Source: an uncultured Candidatus Saccharibacteria bacterium (lineage in GTDB: Bacteria > Patescibacteriota > Minisyncoccia > Phycocordibacterales > UBA918). From it: DNA of 64,000 bases. Below the pieces are notes generated by a model. It ran no database searches. It saw only the letters and a list, made by a program, of their open reading frames with translations, and was not told the origin of the DNA. Positions 1 through 10,430 of the stretch are shown one piece after another. The stretch lies in assembly GCA_964552045.1 (NCBI GenBank), contig CAZKFF010000002.1, positions 3,855 to 67,854 of the forward strand, in the 5' to 3' direction. How positions within the stretch are numbered: position 1 is the first letter of the stretch; the number at the start of each line of letters is the position of its first letter. The position numbers and the translations under genes were made by a program.

Positions 1-2
1 TC

Positions 3-689
3 ATCTTTCTGCTTGTGCCGGCCATTCTCGCGGGATATGACCCGGCTGTGATAAGCATTGCGATCGCAGGAGGCATATTGGCGCTGGTGCTGTTCCTCAC
101 TCACGGCATCAATGCGCGTTCGACCATTGCTTTCGGAGGGACATTCGCGGCGGTGATCGTTACCTGCCTGATCGCGTGGTTTTTCGTGGACATCATGAAG
201 CTTACCGGTTTCGGTTCAGACGCGTCGGTCTATCTCAATTTCTCGACCAATGGCGCGCTTGATTTCGCAGGCTTGCTATTGGCGAGCATCATCATCGGTA
301 TCTTGGGCGTGCTTGATGACGTGTCCATCACACAGGCATCGGTCGTGCAGGAGCTTAGGCACGCAAACCCTGCGCTTACGGCTCCCCAGCTGTATGCCCG
401 GGCGATCAAAGTGGGGAAGGATCACATCGGCTCACTGGTAAACACGCTTGCGCTCGCATACATCGGCGTGTCGTTGCCGCTCGTACTCTTATATGCAACG
501 GCCGATGCTTCGGTTGCGCTTACGCTCAATCAGGAAGTGGTCGCCGCAGAACTGGTGCGCATCATTGTCGGCAGTATCGGTCTCGTGCTTGCCATACCGA
601 TTACCACGATCATCGCCGCATGGTGGTTTTCGGAACATACGGTTGACGAAAATGACATTGCGCCCCATGATCATGGTCATGTGCATTGA
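3..689 (+). CDS. YibE/F family membrane protein (5' truncated by window edge)
   Basis: Multi-TM protein with the YibE/F-type motifs LGVLDDVSITQAS and GKDHIGSLVNTLALAY; frame is open to the window start; His-rich C-terminus. Confidence 0.85.
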   Translation: MFLLVPAILAGYDPAVISIAIAGGILALVLFLTHGINARSTIAFGGTFAAVIVTCLIAWFFVDIMKLTGFGSDASVYLNFSTNGALDFAGLLLASIIIGILGVLDDVSITQASVVQELRHANPALTAPQLYARAIKVGKDHIGSLVNTLALAYIGVSLPLVLLYATADASVALTLNQEVVAAELVRIIVGSIGLVLAIPITTIIAAWWFSEHTVDENDIAPHDHGHVH

Positions 690-720
690 AGCAGTGTTTA
701 CTCACGAATAACAAAAATCT

Positions 721-1125
721 ATGCATCCCGTACACAACTTCATTGAGGAATTCAAAAAGTTCGCCATGCGCGGCAATGTCGTCGATCTTGCCGTGGGTAT
801 CGTCATCGGCGCGGCGTTCCAGAAGATCGTCACGTCGCTCGTTAACAACATCATTACGCCGCTCATCGGCTCGCTCATGGGGGGAGTGGATTTTACCGGC
901 TATGCGATCACCATCCGGGAGTCCGAGATCACGTATGGCGTCTTCATACAGTCGATCATAGATTTCATCATCGTTGCGCTTGCCATTTTTATTGCGATCA
1001 AGGTGATGAACGAGCTGCAGAAAAAGGAGAACGCCAAACCCGAGGAGAAAAAAGTAGTCGAACCAAGTGAAGAGGTAAAACTTTTGCGCGAGATACGCGA
1101 CGCGCTGCAAAAAAAGCAGCAATAG
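721..1125 (+). CDS. mscL: Large-conductance mechanosensitive channel
   Basis: [25 protein letters not shown]-terminus and [10 protein letters not shown]-terminus. Confidence 0.97.
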   Translation: MHPVHNFIEEFKKFAMRGNVVDLAVGIVIGAAFQKIVTSLVNNIITPLIGSLMGGVDFTGYAITIRESEITYGVFIQSIIDFIIVALAIFIAIKVMNELQKKENAKPEEKKVVEPSEEVKLLREIRDALQKKQQ

Positions 1126-1161
1126 AAGAAAAAGCCACGCAAAATGCGCGGCTTTTTCTTC
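1125..1161 (+). terminator. Intrinsic terminator after mscL
   Basis: GAAGAAAAAGCCACGC-aaaat-GCGCGGCTTTTTCTTC inverted repeat with T tract. Confidence 0.7.
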
Positions 1162-1629
1162 TATCCGCATCACAACACATGCATGCGCTCTTGCGCAAGC
1201 GGCTGTTACGTTGCTATCCACAGCTTTGTGTGCGGAGCATGCAAAATGCTCAGAAAAAAGAAGCTTATTTTCCAACGCATTCACATTGCGTCTGCCGGAA
1301 GATGTACACAAAAAGCATGTGTGGAGCGTTATTTTGTGATTCCGTTTGGGTGTCTTACTATCTAGTTATCACTCGATGACTCCAAACCGAGTGTGTGTGG
1401 AGGACAGACACGCACGCAGGCTTCTGAAGCCTCATGCGCCATGTATGAAGAGCATGGCAGTGTCTTCGACTCTCTTTTTCAGGGCAGATCTTTCTTAAAA
1501 ATGATTGTGCCTTCGCTTATATACACGCGAAGGAATACATACACACCACCGATTATTTTTGTGAGAGATCTCCCGCCATTGCCTTTCTGATGCAGATCAG
1601 AGGGTGTTTACTAGCCCTAGAAAAGTATC

Positions 1630-4503
1630 ATGTTTACCGAGGTTACAAAGCGAAACGGCACTAAAGTGCCGTTCAATCCCGAGAAGATCATTAGTGCGAT
1701 GCGTAAGGCATTCGTTGCAGAGAACACGCCGGTTGACGACACAGTGCTCCGCCAGATGACCGACCGTGTCGTAGCGAAGCTGCAACTCCTCTTCGAAGGA
1801 AAGACGGAATGTCCGACCGTTGAGATGGTCCAGGATTTCGTGGAAGAGACGCTCATGGAGCGCGGCTATTTCACTGTCGCAAAAGCATACATCCTGTACC
1901 GCTTCAAGCAGACAGAGGTCCGCAAAGACGAGGTCGTGACGCAGATCGAGGAGAATCGGCTCATGATCAAGACAGCACGGGGAGAAGAGCAGTTCTCACG
2001 AGAGGAAATGCGCACGTACATTGAGCAGTTCATCGATGGTGTTGAGAAAGACATCGATGTCGATGGTGTGCTCAACCAGCTTGAACGCGAGGTGTACGAC
2101 GGCATTTCCACAAAAGAGCTTTCAAAGCTCGTCACGCTGGTGCTGCGCGCGAAGATCGAGCTCGATCCAGCGTACTCGCAGGTGGCTGCCCGGCAGCTTT
2201 CAGCGCGCCTCTATGAGGAAGCGATCGCTCCTGATGTGAGGCCCGGCGATGCGGATTTCATACAGAAGTACCGCGATGCATACGCCAAGAACATCACGCT
2301 TGCCGTTGCCGAGAAGAAACTTGCTCCGGGTATGCTCGACTTTGATCTCGCAAAGATCGCTGCAGCTATAGAGCCATCACGCGATGACCTGTTCCGATAC
2401 CTCGGCGTGGAGACGCTCCATGACCGCTATTTCATCCGTGCGGAAGACGGGCGGGTGCTCGAGACGCCGCAGTTCATGTGGATGCGTGTGGCGATGGGCC
2501 TCGCGCTCGAAGAAAAAGAGAAGGAGGCCCGAGCCATCGAGTTTTATGAGGTGATGTCAACGTTACGCTTTGTGCCGTCTACCCCTACACTGTTCCATGC
2601 GGGTACGCCGCATCCGCAGCTTTCGTCGTGTTACCTCAACGTTGTTGAGGACGATCTCAACCATATCTTCAAGGTGTTTGGAGACAACGCGCAGCTTTCG
2701 AAGTGGGCAGGAGGGATCGGTACCGCGTGGAGCAAGCTCCGCGCAACCGGTGCACTGATCAAGACCGCCGGCATCACCTCGCAGGGAACCATTCCGTTTC
2801 TGAAGATCGCAAACGATGTCACGGTCGCCATCAACCGTTCAGGCCGCCGCCGCGGTGCGACCTGTGTGTACATGGAGAATTGGCACTACGATTTTCCGGA
2901 CTTTTTGGAACTCAAAAAGAACACGGGAGATGAACGCCGCCGTGCGCACGATATGAACACCGCTTCCTGGGTCTCTGACCTCTTCATGAAGCGGGTCAAG
3001 GAGGATGGCGACTGGACCTTGTTCTCGCCGGATGAAGCGGTTGACCTTACCGAGACATACGGCAGGGAGTTTGAAGAACTCTACACTAAGTATGAAGCTA
3101 TGGCGGAGCGCGGCGAGATACACCTCTTCAAGAAGATGAAGGCGCGCGAGCTCTGGAAGAAGCACATCAGCATGCTCTTTGAGACAGGCCATCCGTGGAT
3201 CACCTTCAAGGACCCGAGCAACATTCGTTCGCCGCAGGACCATGCGGGCGTGGTGCACAACTCGAACCTCTGCACGGAGATCACGCTCAACACGTCTGCA
3301 ACAGAAACAGCGGTGTGCAACCTCGGTTCGGTGAACTTTGCTGAACACATCACCAACGGTCAGTTTGATACGGAGAAGGTGAAGGCAACCGTAGCGATCG
3401 CTATGCGCATGCTCGACAATGTCATTGATCTCAACTTCTATCCGACCAAGGAAGCGCAGTATTCGAACATGAAGCACCGCCCGGTCGGGCTCGGCGTTAT
3501 GGGATTCCACGATGCGCTCTACGCGCTTGATATCAACTTCGCCTCAGAGGAGTGTGTGACATTCGCCGATACGTCTATGGAAGTGGTGTCATACGCGGCG
3601 ATCCTCTCTTCAACCGAACTCGCACGCGAACGCGGAAGCTATGAGAGCTTCCCGGGAAGCAAGTGGGACCGCGGACTGCTTCCGGTTGACACCATTAAGC
3701 TCCTTGAAGAGAACAGAGGGCTGTCAACCACCATCGACAATACCGAACGGCTCGACTGGGCGCCGGTGCGCGAAGCGATCAAGAAGTACGGCATGCGCAA
3801 CAGCAACTGCATGGCGATCGCTCCAACAGCGACCATCTCGAACATTGCGGGATCAGTGCCGGGCATAGAACCGATCTACAAGAACATCTATGTGAAGTCG
3901 AATATATCCGGAGACTTTATCGTGGTCAATGAGGCCTTGGTGAATGATCTCAAGAAGCGGGGAATGTGGAGCAAGGAGATGCTCGACACCTTGAAGTTCA
4001 ATGACGGGTCCATCCGTCACATTCCGGGCATTCCACAGGAACTTAAGGAGAAGTACCGCGAGACCTTCGAGATCGACATGAAATGGCTTATGAAGGCTTC
4101 GGCGAGCCGCGGCAAGTGGATCGACCAGTCACAATCCGTGAATATCTTCTATGCAGGAACCTCAGGCAAGGAGATCAGCGACCTCTACCTGTACGCATGG
4201 GAACTCGGCGTGAAGACCACCTACTATCTGCGTAGCTTAGGCGCATCGCAGGTGGAGAAGTCCACGATCAACGCCGCAGGTACGCAGCTGCGGAAGAAGC
4301 ATGACGAGGAGGGAACAGGCGAAGCTTCTGAAGCGGCAGCAGGCGCAGAAGCGCCGATCGTCTCGCCGCTTGCGACCCCTTCGCCTATCCAGAAAGAGCA
4401 GATAGATGCAGCGAAGGTTGCGCACGCTGCGCCTACTCCTGCTCAGATGGCGCAGATCAGGCTGCATGTGGCGGAGGACGCGGTGTGCGAGTCCTGCCAG
4501 TAA
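1630..4503 (+). CDS. nrdA: Ribonucleoside-diphosphate reductase alpha subunit with N-terminal ATP cone(s)
   Basis: VTKRNG ATP cone plus a probable second degenerate cone; TPTLFHAG, LSSCY, SNLCTEI, APTATIS, KTTYY motifs; C-terminal CESCQ. Confidence 0.97.
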   Translation: MFTEVTKRNGTKVPFNPEKIISAMRKAFVAENTPVDDTVLRQMTDRVVAKLQLLFEGKTECPTVEMVQDFVEETLMERGYFTVAKAYILYRFKQTEVRKDEVVTQIEENRLMIKTARGEEQFSREEMRTYIEQFIDGVEKDIDVDGVLNQLEREVYDGISTKELSKLVTLVLRAKIELDPAYSQVAARQLSARLYEEAIAPDVRPGDADFIQKYRDAYAKNITLAVAEKKLAPGMLDFDLAKIAAAIEPSRDDLFRYLGVETLHDRYFIRAEDGRVLETPQFMWMRVAMGLALEEKEKEARAIEFYEVMSTLRFVPSTPTLFHAGTPHPQLSSCYLNVVEDDLNHIFKVFGDNAQLSKWAGGIGTAWSKLRATGALIKTAGITSQGTIPFLKIANDVTVAINRSGRRRGATCVYMENWHYDFPDFLELKKNTGDERRRAHDMNTASWVSDLFMKRVKEDGDWTLFSPDEAVDLTETYGREFEELYTKYEAMAERGEIHLFKKMKARELWKKHISMLFETGHPWITFKDPSNIRSPQDHAGVVHNSNLCTEITLNTSATETAVCNLGSVNFAEHITNGQFDTEKVKATVAIAMRMLDNVIDLNFYPTKEAQYSNMKHRPVGLGVMGFHDALYALDINFASEECVTFADTSMEVVSYAAILSSTELARERGSYESFPGSKWDRGLLPVDTIKLLEENRGLSTTIDNTERLDWAPVREAIKKYGMRNSNCMAIAPTATISNIAGSVPGIEPIYKNIYVKSNISGDFIVVNEALVNDLKKRGMWSKEMLDTLKFNDGSIRHIPGIPQELKEKYRETFEIDMKWLMKASASRGKWIDQSQSVNIFYAGTSGKEISDLYLYAWELGVKTTYYLRSLGASQVEKSTINAAGTQLRKKHDEEGTGEASEAAAGAEAPIVSPLATPSPIQKEQIDAAKVAHAAPTPAQMAQIRLHVAEDAVCESCQ

Positions 4504-4726
4504 AGAGCAGCGCAGTGGTGTGTATTGCTTGGCAAGCGAAGACGGGCGGTAGGGTATACTGATGAGCATAGAAGAGGCGCCTGGCAGGGATTGTGTAACG
4601 CGATACGCAGTCCCCGCCAGGCGCCTCTTACCCCCTCTGATGCATTGAAATGCATTGTCTTGCACGGGTTGTGCAATCCCTTTACAATACCCGCACACGA
4701 GAGCTTATTAACGCTAATTCATTACT

Positions 4727-5728
4727 ATGGAAAAGAAAGGAATCATCAACAACTCATCAACGGACCCCAACAAGATCCTTCCGATGAAATATAAATGGGC
4801 GCGCGAGCACTACAAGGCCGGAGTCGCAAACAACTGGACGCCGGAGGAGATCTCCATGCAGCTCGACATTGAGCTCTGGAAGAAAGAAGGCGGCCTCACC
4901 GAAGATGAGCGACGCATGATCTTGTGGAACCTCGGTTTCTTTTCGACCGCTGAGTCACTGACCGCCAACAACCTCGTGCTTGCGGTATACAACCATGTGA
5001 CCAACCCTGAGTCGCGCCAGTATCTTCTGCGCCAGGCGTACGAGGAAGCAGTCCATACCGACACGTTCATCTACTGCTGCGATTCTTTGGGTCTCGATCC
5101 CGATGAGATCTACAACATGTACGAGACCATTCCGTCGATCAAAGCGAAGGATGAGTTCGTGGTCAACTTCACCAAGTCGGTGTTTGATCCGAATTTCAAG
5201 ACCGACAGTCTTGAGAACATCCAGCGGTTCGTTCACGACCTCATCGGTTTCTACGTCATCATGGAAGGCATTTTCTTTTATGCAGGATTCGCAATGATGC
5301 TCTCACTCAAGCGCCAGAACAAGATGCCGGGGACTTCGGACCAGTTCCAGTACATTCTCCGCGACGAGTCCATTCACCTCGCATTCGGTATCGACCTCAT
5401 CAACACCATCAAGGCTGAGAATCCGGAGGTCTGGACCGAGCCGTTCATTGCTGATATCACTGCGAAGATCAAGCAGGCGGTTGAGCTTGAAAAAGGGTAT
5501 GTTGATGACGCGATGCCGAAAGGCATCCTGGGTCTCAATCCGACAAGCGTGAAAGAGTATGTAGAGTATATTGCGGACCGCCGCTTCGAACGTCTGGGAC
5601 TGCCGGTGCAGTACAACACGCAGACGCCGTTCCCGTGGATGAGCGAAGTGATCGACATGCCGAAGGAGAAGAACTTCTTCGAGACGAAAGTGACCGAATA
5701 CAAAACCGGCGGAAGCCTGGAGTGGTAA
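4727..5728 (+). CDS. nrdB: Ribonucleotide reductase beta subunit, class Ic (R2c, Mn/Fe type)
   Basis: Ferritin-like ligands EEAVH, EGIFFY, RDESIH; Glu in GFFSTAE and Phe at the radical-Tyr position (HTDTF). Confidence 0.95.
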   Translation: MEKKGIINNSSTDPNKILPMKYKWAREHYKAGVANNWTPEEISMQLDIELWKKEGGLTEDERRMILWNLGFFSTAESLTANNLVLAVYNHVTNPESRQYLLRQAYEEAVHTDTFIYCCDSLGLDPDEIYNMYETIPSIKAKDEFVVNFTKSVFDPNFKTDSLENIQRFVHDLIGFYVIMEGIFFYAGFAMMLSLKRQNKMPGTSDQFQYILRDESIHLAFGIDLINTIKAENPEVWTEPFIADITAKIKQAVELEKGYVDDAMPKGILGLNPTSVKEYVEYIADRRFERLGLPVQYNTQTPFPWMSEVIDMPKEKNFFETKVTEYKTGGSLEW

Positions 5729-5820
5729 AACGCCCTGCTCTTCGAAGTCTTACAAATAAAAAGAAAACGGCCTGCTCAAGAAACGGTAGGTCGTTTTCTT
5801 GTGCAGGCCTTTGGTGTTCC

Positions 5821-6339
5821 TCAGAGCATGAGGCCGCCGTGATAGCGATGCCATCCGGAATTTTTGTCATCAAGCGCTCCGAGCGCCGGTCCGAGGGTCT
5901 CCAGGCCGCAGAAATAGTCGAAACGGGAAGCCTCAGGCTGGTTTCTGTAGATGAGCCCTTCGTTCTTGAAGATGACCTGTCGCGGCCCTCGACCGGCGTT
6001 GAACGTCCGCTTCCGGTACTCTTCGGCAAGCGCACGCTTCAAAAAGGGGATGAGGCAATCAGGGTACTGCCCGAAGTAATGCATCATCCAGACGAGCGTG
6101 CCATCGAAATAGATATGCGTCGCTCCTCCGGAAAAGGTGCTCACTGGCGTTATGTGCCATGTGTCGGACAGCAGCCACGCGTCACGTTCGAAGACGTTCT
6201 GCTTTGAGCCCGGCTGATTCGGCACTGCTTTCGGTTTTGATCTTTCCGAAGCGTACCCGGCGGTCATGGCGCTAAAGTAGAAGTCCTGGATGATCGACGG
6301 GTCATCACGAAGCGCTGTGAGGCTTACTTTTTCAGTCAT
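5821..6339 (-). CDS. Hypothetical protein, DUF5680-like
   Basis: GGAGG before ATG at 6339; GYA...FSGG...VWMMHYFG...FLKRAL...GRGP...YHGG pattern recalled from DUF5680. Confidence 0.65.
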   Translation of the reverse strand: MTEKVSLTALRDDPSIIQDFYFSAMTAGYASERSKPKAVPNQPGSKQNVFERDAWLLSDTWHITPVSTFSGGATHIYFDGTLVWMMHYFGQYPDCLIPFLKRALAEEYRKRTFNAGRGPRQVIFKNEGLIYRNQPEASRFDYFCGLETLGPALGALDDKNSGWHRYHGGLML

Positions 6340-6559
6340 GGATTCCTCCAAAAGGTACAAAGGTCCAATGTCACTATAGGTGGAATCCCGGGAAAAGCAA
6401 CTATACGCTGAGTCTGTACTGGAAAGATAGTACCGGTCACCTGCATGCATGCGCACACATTTTCTTTACATATGATGATTCTGTCCTATAACGCTCATGC
6501 GTCATAAATACGTGGTACAACAGTACTGAGCACTGGTGCTCAACCTCAAGGAGGAGTAC

Positions 6560-6919
6560 ATGAACGAGACGATCAAGAGGTGGCTCAGCCCACAGTCGAT
6601 GATCTCCGGAGCAGTCATCATCTGCGGACTCGGGTTCGGGTTCAATGTCGTGACCTTCACGAGCTCAGCCAAGAGCGCCGCCGATGTGCAGACGCGCACA
6701 GCGGTGGTCGCTGCGCTTACGCCGATCTGCGTGGCGGCCGCGAATGCCGATCCGCTGCGTGACCAGCGTCTGGCCGAGCTGCAGGAAGCCTCGTCGTACC
6801 AACGGACGACCATCGTCACCGACTTCGGATGGGCGACGTTCCCGGGAACCGACAAGGCCAACAGCACCGTGGCCAAGGCGTGCGTCACCGAAGCACTCAA
6901 GCTCCAGACGGACGCCTAG
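6560..6919 (+). CDS. Conserved hypothetical membrane-anchored protein with two extracytoplasmic Cys
   Basis: Strong AGGAGGAG RBS; N-terminal TM; AVVAALTPICV...GWATFPG...VAKAC resembles a recalled alphaproteobacterial hypothetical family. Confidence 0.7.
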   Translation: MNETIKRWLSPQSMISGAVIICGLGFGFNVVTFTSSAKSAADVQTRTAVVAALTPICVAAANADPLRDQRLAELQEASSYQRTTIVTDFGWATFPGTDKANSTVAKACVTEALKLQTDA

Positions 6920-7345
6920 ACGCCGTTTCCCTAATCGCCCGGTTCACCCCGGGCGATTTTTTGACCACCGCATCCGCAAAAAGCAAACGGATGATGCTGG
7001 ACGTGATACGAAAAGACGGGGATTGATTAATGTGTACGCGTGTGCTTTTCTAAGAACAGAAGAGCGTGTCCGCGGTGATCGGGTGGAAGAAGGTAGAGAA
7101 GAATCCGATAAACCTCCGATAGTAACCAAGAATAAAAGGAGGACAATACTAGCCCGACACGGGCACATGACCTGTTGTAGTGGGCGGCCCGGTGGGATAG
7201 ACCTCCGCTCTTCGCTCCATAGAAAGGAGGTGAACATTTCAAGGCCGGCGCAGAGCGCCCGGCCTTTTTATATGAAAAGACGACTCAGGGTATGAGTCGT
7301 ACATTTTGCCTGCCGCAAAGTATTTGCGGCAGGCATGGGTAAGGT

Positions 7346-7747
7346 TCAGAAGGACGGAGCCTTGGTGAGGTTGAGCACGCGCTGTGCGGCGATCGCAGGG
7401 CTGATGAATGCCCCGTGGCATCCGCACCCGATCTCGTGCGCATAGTGGTGCGCCGATTGCGACATACGCGGGAACCCGAGGGCGTCCATGACCCCGCCGA
7501 CGGTCTGGTCGGTTGCGATGCCGACGTCCTTCAGGCTGTTTGCGATGGTCTCGAAGACCGTCCCCGCAACCGGAAGATGGTCCACCTCTTCCTGAGGCCG
7601 GTGCTCAATGCGGTCGATACCGCCGAGATTGTTCATCGGCAGCGCTGCGATATCCGACGCGATGAGCTTCAAGAGCTCATCGCGGGGAAGCTCATTCGCC
7701 GGCTTGTTGTCAGCCGCTTTCAGCTCATCACCGGCAATTGTGTCCAT
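7346..7747 (-). CDS. Hypothetical protein with HHYAHEIGCGCH putative metal-binding motif
   Basis: GGAGG RBS upstream; GC3-rich codon usage. Confidence 0.7.
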   Translation of the reverse strand: MDTIAGDELKAADNKPANELPRDELLKLIASDIAALPMNNLGGIDRIEHRPQEEVDHLPVAGTVFETIANSLKDVGIATDQTVGGVMDALGFPRMSQSAHHYAHEIGCGCHGAFISPAIAAQRVLNLTKAPSF

Positions 7748-7968
7748 TGCATTCCTCCGTGTCTAGGATCTCTGGCCTCTGCACCGCAGTTCCAGACGAA
7801 TGATAGTAGTGAAAGTACGGCTGAGTGTCAATGGTATCTGCCAGCCCGTCTTCATGTGAACTTCATATGCGTTTGGGATACTCAGCAGTATACTTGTATG
7901 CATAGCATAGGTTTTATTGCATTGCGCAGGCAACCGGGCAGTCATTAATCACATAACAAGCACATTTT

Positions 7969-8583
7969 ATGAACAAGTCAGCAGCAGCGGTGGTCATCAT
8001 CGGAGTTGTCCTGGCGCTTCTGGCGCTTGTGGTATTTCTCTTCTCACGGGGCAATATAGAGCTTCTGACGCCGGTGTTCCTCAACGTCACACAGCAGCAG
8101 GAAGAAGCCGATGACTTGCAAACGCCGACTTCCACCGCTCCTGAAGTAACGGAAACTCCTGCAGCAAGCGGGGGTAGTACCGCGTCTCCATCAGCTGCTC
8201 TCAACGCGGTCTATCTCGGTGAAGTGGAGTCGGGGAATGCAGTTAGCGTAGCGTCTGCGACGCTCAACCGTCCGGGTTATATCGTTCTGTACAGGATCAA
8301 CAGCCAGGGCGACAGCCGGATGCTGGGGCATTCCGATCTGCTGTCCGGAACGGTCTTCAATACGAAAGTGCGGCTTGACCAGCTTATCGTAGATGATCAG
8401 GCTCTGGTTGCGGTCTTGCACGAAGATGATGGCGACGGCAGCTTCGACAATCCAGGCGACGGCTACCTCACCAATGACGGTCAATTAGTGAGTGACATTG
8501 ATGTCGTCGGCACTCAGCGGAATTATCGGGAAAGCACGACTCTTGAGCGGCAAGTGCAGATGTATCTGGAAAATAATTTCTAG
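7969..8583 (+). CDS. Membrane-anchored extracellular hypothetical protein
   Basis: N-terminal TM, T/P/S-rich linker, beta-domain with AVLHEDDGDGSFD motif. Confidence 0.8.
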   Translation: MNKSAAAVVIIGVVLALLALVVFLFSRGNIELLTPVFLNVTQQQEEADDLQTPTSTAPEVTETPAASGGSTASPSAALNAVYLGEVESGNAVSVASATLNRPGYIVLYRINSQGDSRMLGHSDLLSGTVFNTKVRLDQLIVDDQALVAVLHEDDGDGSFDNPGDGYLTNDGQLVSDIDVVGTQRNYRESTTLERQVQMYLENNF

Positions 8584-8647
8584 TGCTTTATGAAAAAGGG
8601 CCGGAAGCGAAACTTCCGGCCCTTGTGTGTTGCCGCGGCAATGACGC

Positions 8648-9334
8648 TCAGGCGTTGTCGAAGTGAGGGTTCCCCGTATCCCAGGCTGCGATGTACCGTG
8701 TGCGAGTGACGACGCCATCGGTGAGCGTGAGGACCAAAAACGGGTCGAGGCCGAATGACTCGACATAGACACGCGCCCCGGACAGGGAGGACGCCGCACG
8801 TGCACGCGCGTGCAGGTGTGCCGGTATGCGGTATCGCGTGAGCGAATCCGCGTCGAAGGCCATGACCTGCATGCGCATCCAGACGCTCGCCGCCTTCATG
8901 AAGGGGGTGTCAGAGGGCAGGAACAGAGGATGCCTGGCCTCGACGATCGCGAAAAGGACGATGTAGGACACTAGCAGGATCACTGCTCCGGCGATACTCC
9001 CTGCTGCTGCAACAAACGGCAGCGCCGGCAGTCCGAAGACTGGAGCGACGAACGCCATGATGACGCAGGCGACGAACGTCGACGCGCCTGCGGCAGCATA
9101 CCGCTTCAGCCACTCGTTGTTCAGCATCAAGGAGGGCAGGAAGATGCTTGAGAGCAGGTACATGAGCGGTCCGACGAGCTTATACAGCCCGATCCGGCTT
9201 TCTTGCACCATCGTGCGCTTGTGGGCGCCGACCTCGGCACGTGGAAGCACGGGGATCCCGAGCGCCTCCAGTTGCGCATCAAGCGGAAGCGGTCGTGCTT
9301 CCGTAATGGCTGTGGCAGTCATTGCCATATTCAT
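8648..9334 (-). CDS. Hypothetical membrane protein
   Basis: GGGAGAG RBS before ATG 9334; three hydrophobic segments; C-terminal DPFL...YIAAWD. Confidence 0.7.
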   Translation of the reverse strand: MNMAMTATAITEARPLPLDAQLEALGIPVLPRAEVGAHKRTMVQESRIGLYKLVGPLMYLLSSIFLPSLMLNNEWLKRYAAAGASTFVACVIMAFVAPVFGLPALPFVAAAGSIAGAVILLVSYIVLFAIVEARHPLFLPSDTPFMKAASVWMRMQVMAFDADSLTRYRIPAHLHARARAASSLSGARVYVESFGLDPFLVLTLTDGVVTRTRYIAAWDTGNPHFDNA

Positions 9335-9491
9335 TGGACTCTCCCTAGAACGTGCGACGGACCATCCGCCGCTTCCGCAGATGAGTATGCCACCGCGCCT
9401 CGCTTTTAGCAATTGTACGGAAAAACTATACAAGTGACGGATCAGATTGCATGAAAAAAGAGACCAGTATTTTTTGGTATACTGGGGTCAT

Positions 9492-10427
9492 ATGCTTTTG
9501 AGAAAAGGATTCGCATTGGCACTTCTGATAGTAGCTCTCTTCGGGGGCGGTTATTTCTATTACATCGCCCAGGCAGTGTGTCCGATCCCGCGTTCATATT
9601 CTATCGGAGAGCTTGATGACCGTTTTGATATTTCTCAAGAGGAGGCGCGCTTAGCGGTTGCCGAAGCAGAATCAGTCTGGGAAGATGCTACCGGCAGGAA
9701 CCTCTTTACATATGAGGAGCGCAATGGCGACCTCACTATCAATTTCAAGTTCGACCAACGGCAGGAGTTCGTCAATGCTGAAGGCGAGCTCAAGGAGAAG
9801 CTTGATGCAACGGAGAATATCAGCGATGCGATAGGGGAGACCTATGCGGCGCTTGTTGAGAAGTATAATGATCTCCGCATGACCTATGCGACACGCGTTG
9901 CAGAATATGAACAGCGGCTCAACCGGTACAATGCGGAGGTCGAGGACTACAATGACAAGGGCGGAGCGCCAGCTGATGTCTATGAAGCGCTTGAGCAGGA
10001 GAAGCGTCTGCTCAACCGCGAACAGTCCGACCTCAACGCTATGGCAGGCGACCTCAATGGGCTGGTATCTGAGATAAATGAGATCGGCGAAAAGGGAAAT
10101 AAGATCATCACGACATATAACACCGGCGTGAATGTCTACAACGAAACGTTCGGCGAAGCGCATGAGTTCACGCAGGGCGATTATGCGGATAATGTCATAA
10201 CCATCTATACATTCGAAGACACGGAAGAGCTGGAGCTCGTGCTTGCCCATGAGCTCGGGCATGCGCTTTCGCTCGATCACGTGGACGGAGAGCGCTCTGT
10301 CATGCACTATCTCATCGGAGAACAGCATGCGGCGCTCTCCGATGAGGACCTCGCTGAGTTCAACCGCGTATGCGGAAATCGCAGCTTGTGGGAGAGGCTG
10401 AAGTTAACATTAGCAATAAATACATAA
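9492..10427 (+). CDS. Matrixin-like (M10) zinc metalloprotease with coiled-coil insertion
   Basis: HELGHALSLDH zinc motif followed by SVM Met-turn; N-terminal TM. Confidence 0.88.
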   Translation: MLLRKGFALALLIVALFGGGYFYYIAQAVCPIPRSYSIGELDDRFDISQEEARLAVAEAESVWEDATGRNLFTYEERNGDLTINFKFDQRQEFVNAEGELKEKLDATENISDAIGETYAALVEKYNDLRMTYATRVAEYEQRLNRYNAEVEDYNDKGGAPADVYEALEQEKRLLNREQSDLNAMAGDLNGLVSEINEIGEKGNKIITTYNTGVNVYNETFGEAHEFTQGDYADNVITIYTFEDTEELELVLAHELGHALSLDHVDGERSVMHYLIGEQHAALSDEDLAEFNRVCGNRSLWERLKLTLAINT

Positions 10428-10430
10428 ACC

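Noticed and set aside
1210-1375. DnaA box (CTATCCACA) and NrdR-like box upstream of nrdA
   Set aside because: Single imperfect matches; too weak to call without comparative data.
4555-4680. Hammerhead ribozyme suggested by CTGATGAG...GAAA
   Set aside because: Stem II does not abut GAAA, and no convincing stem I or cleavage triplet can be formed.
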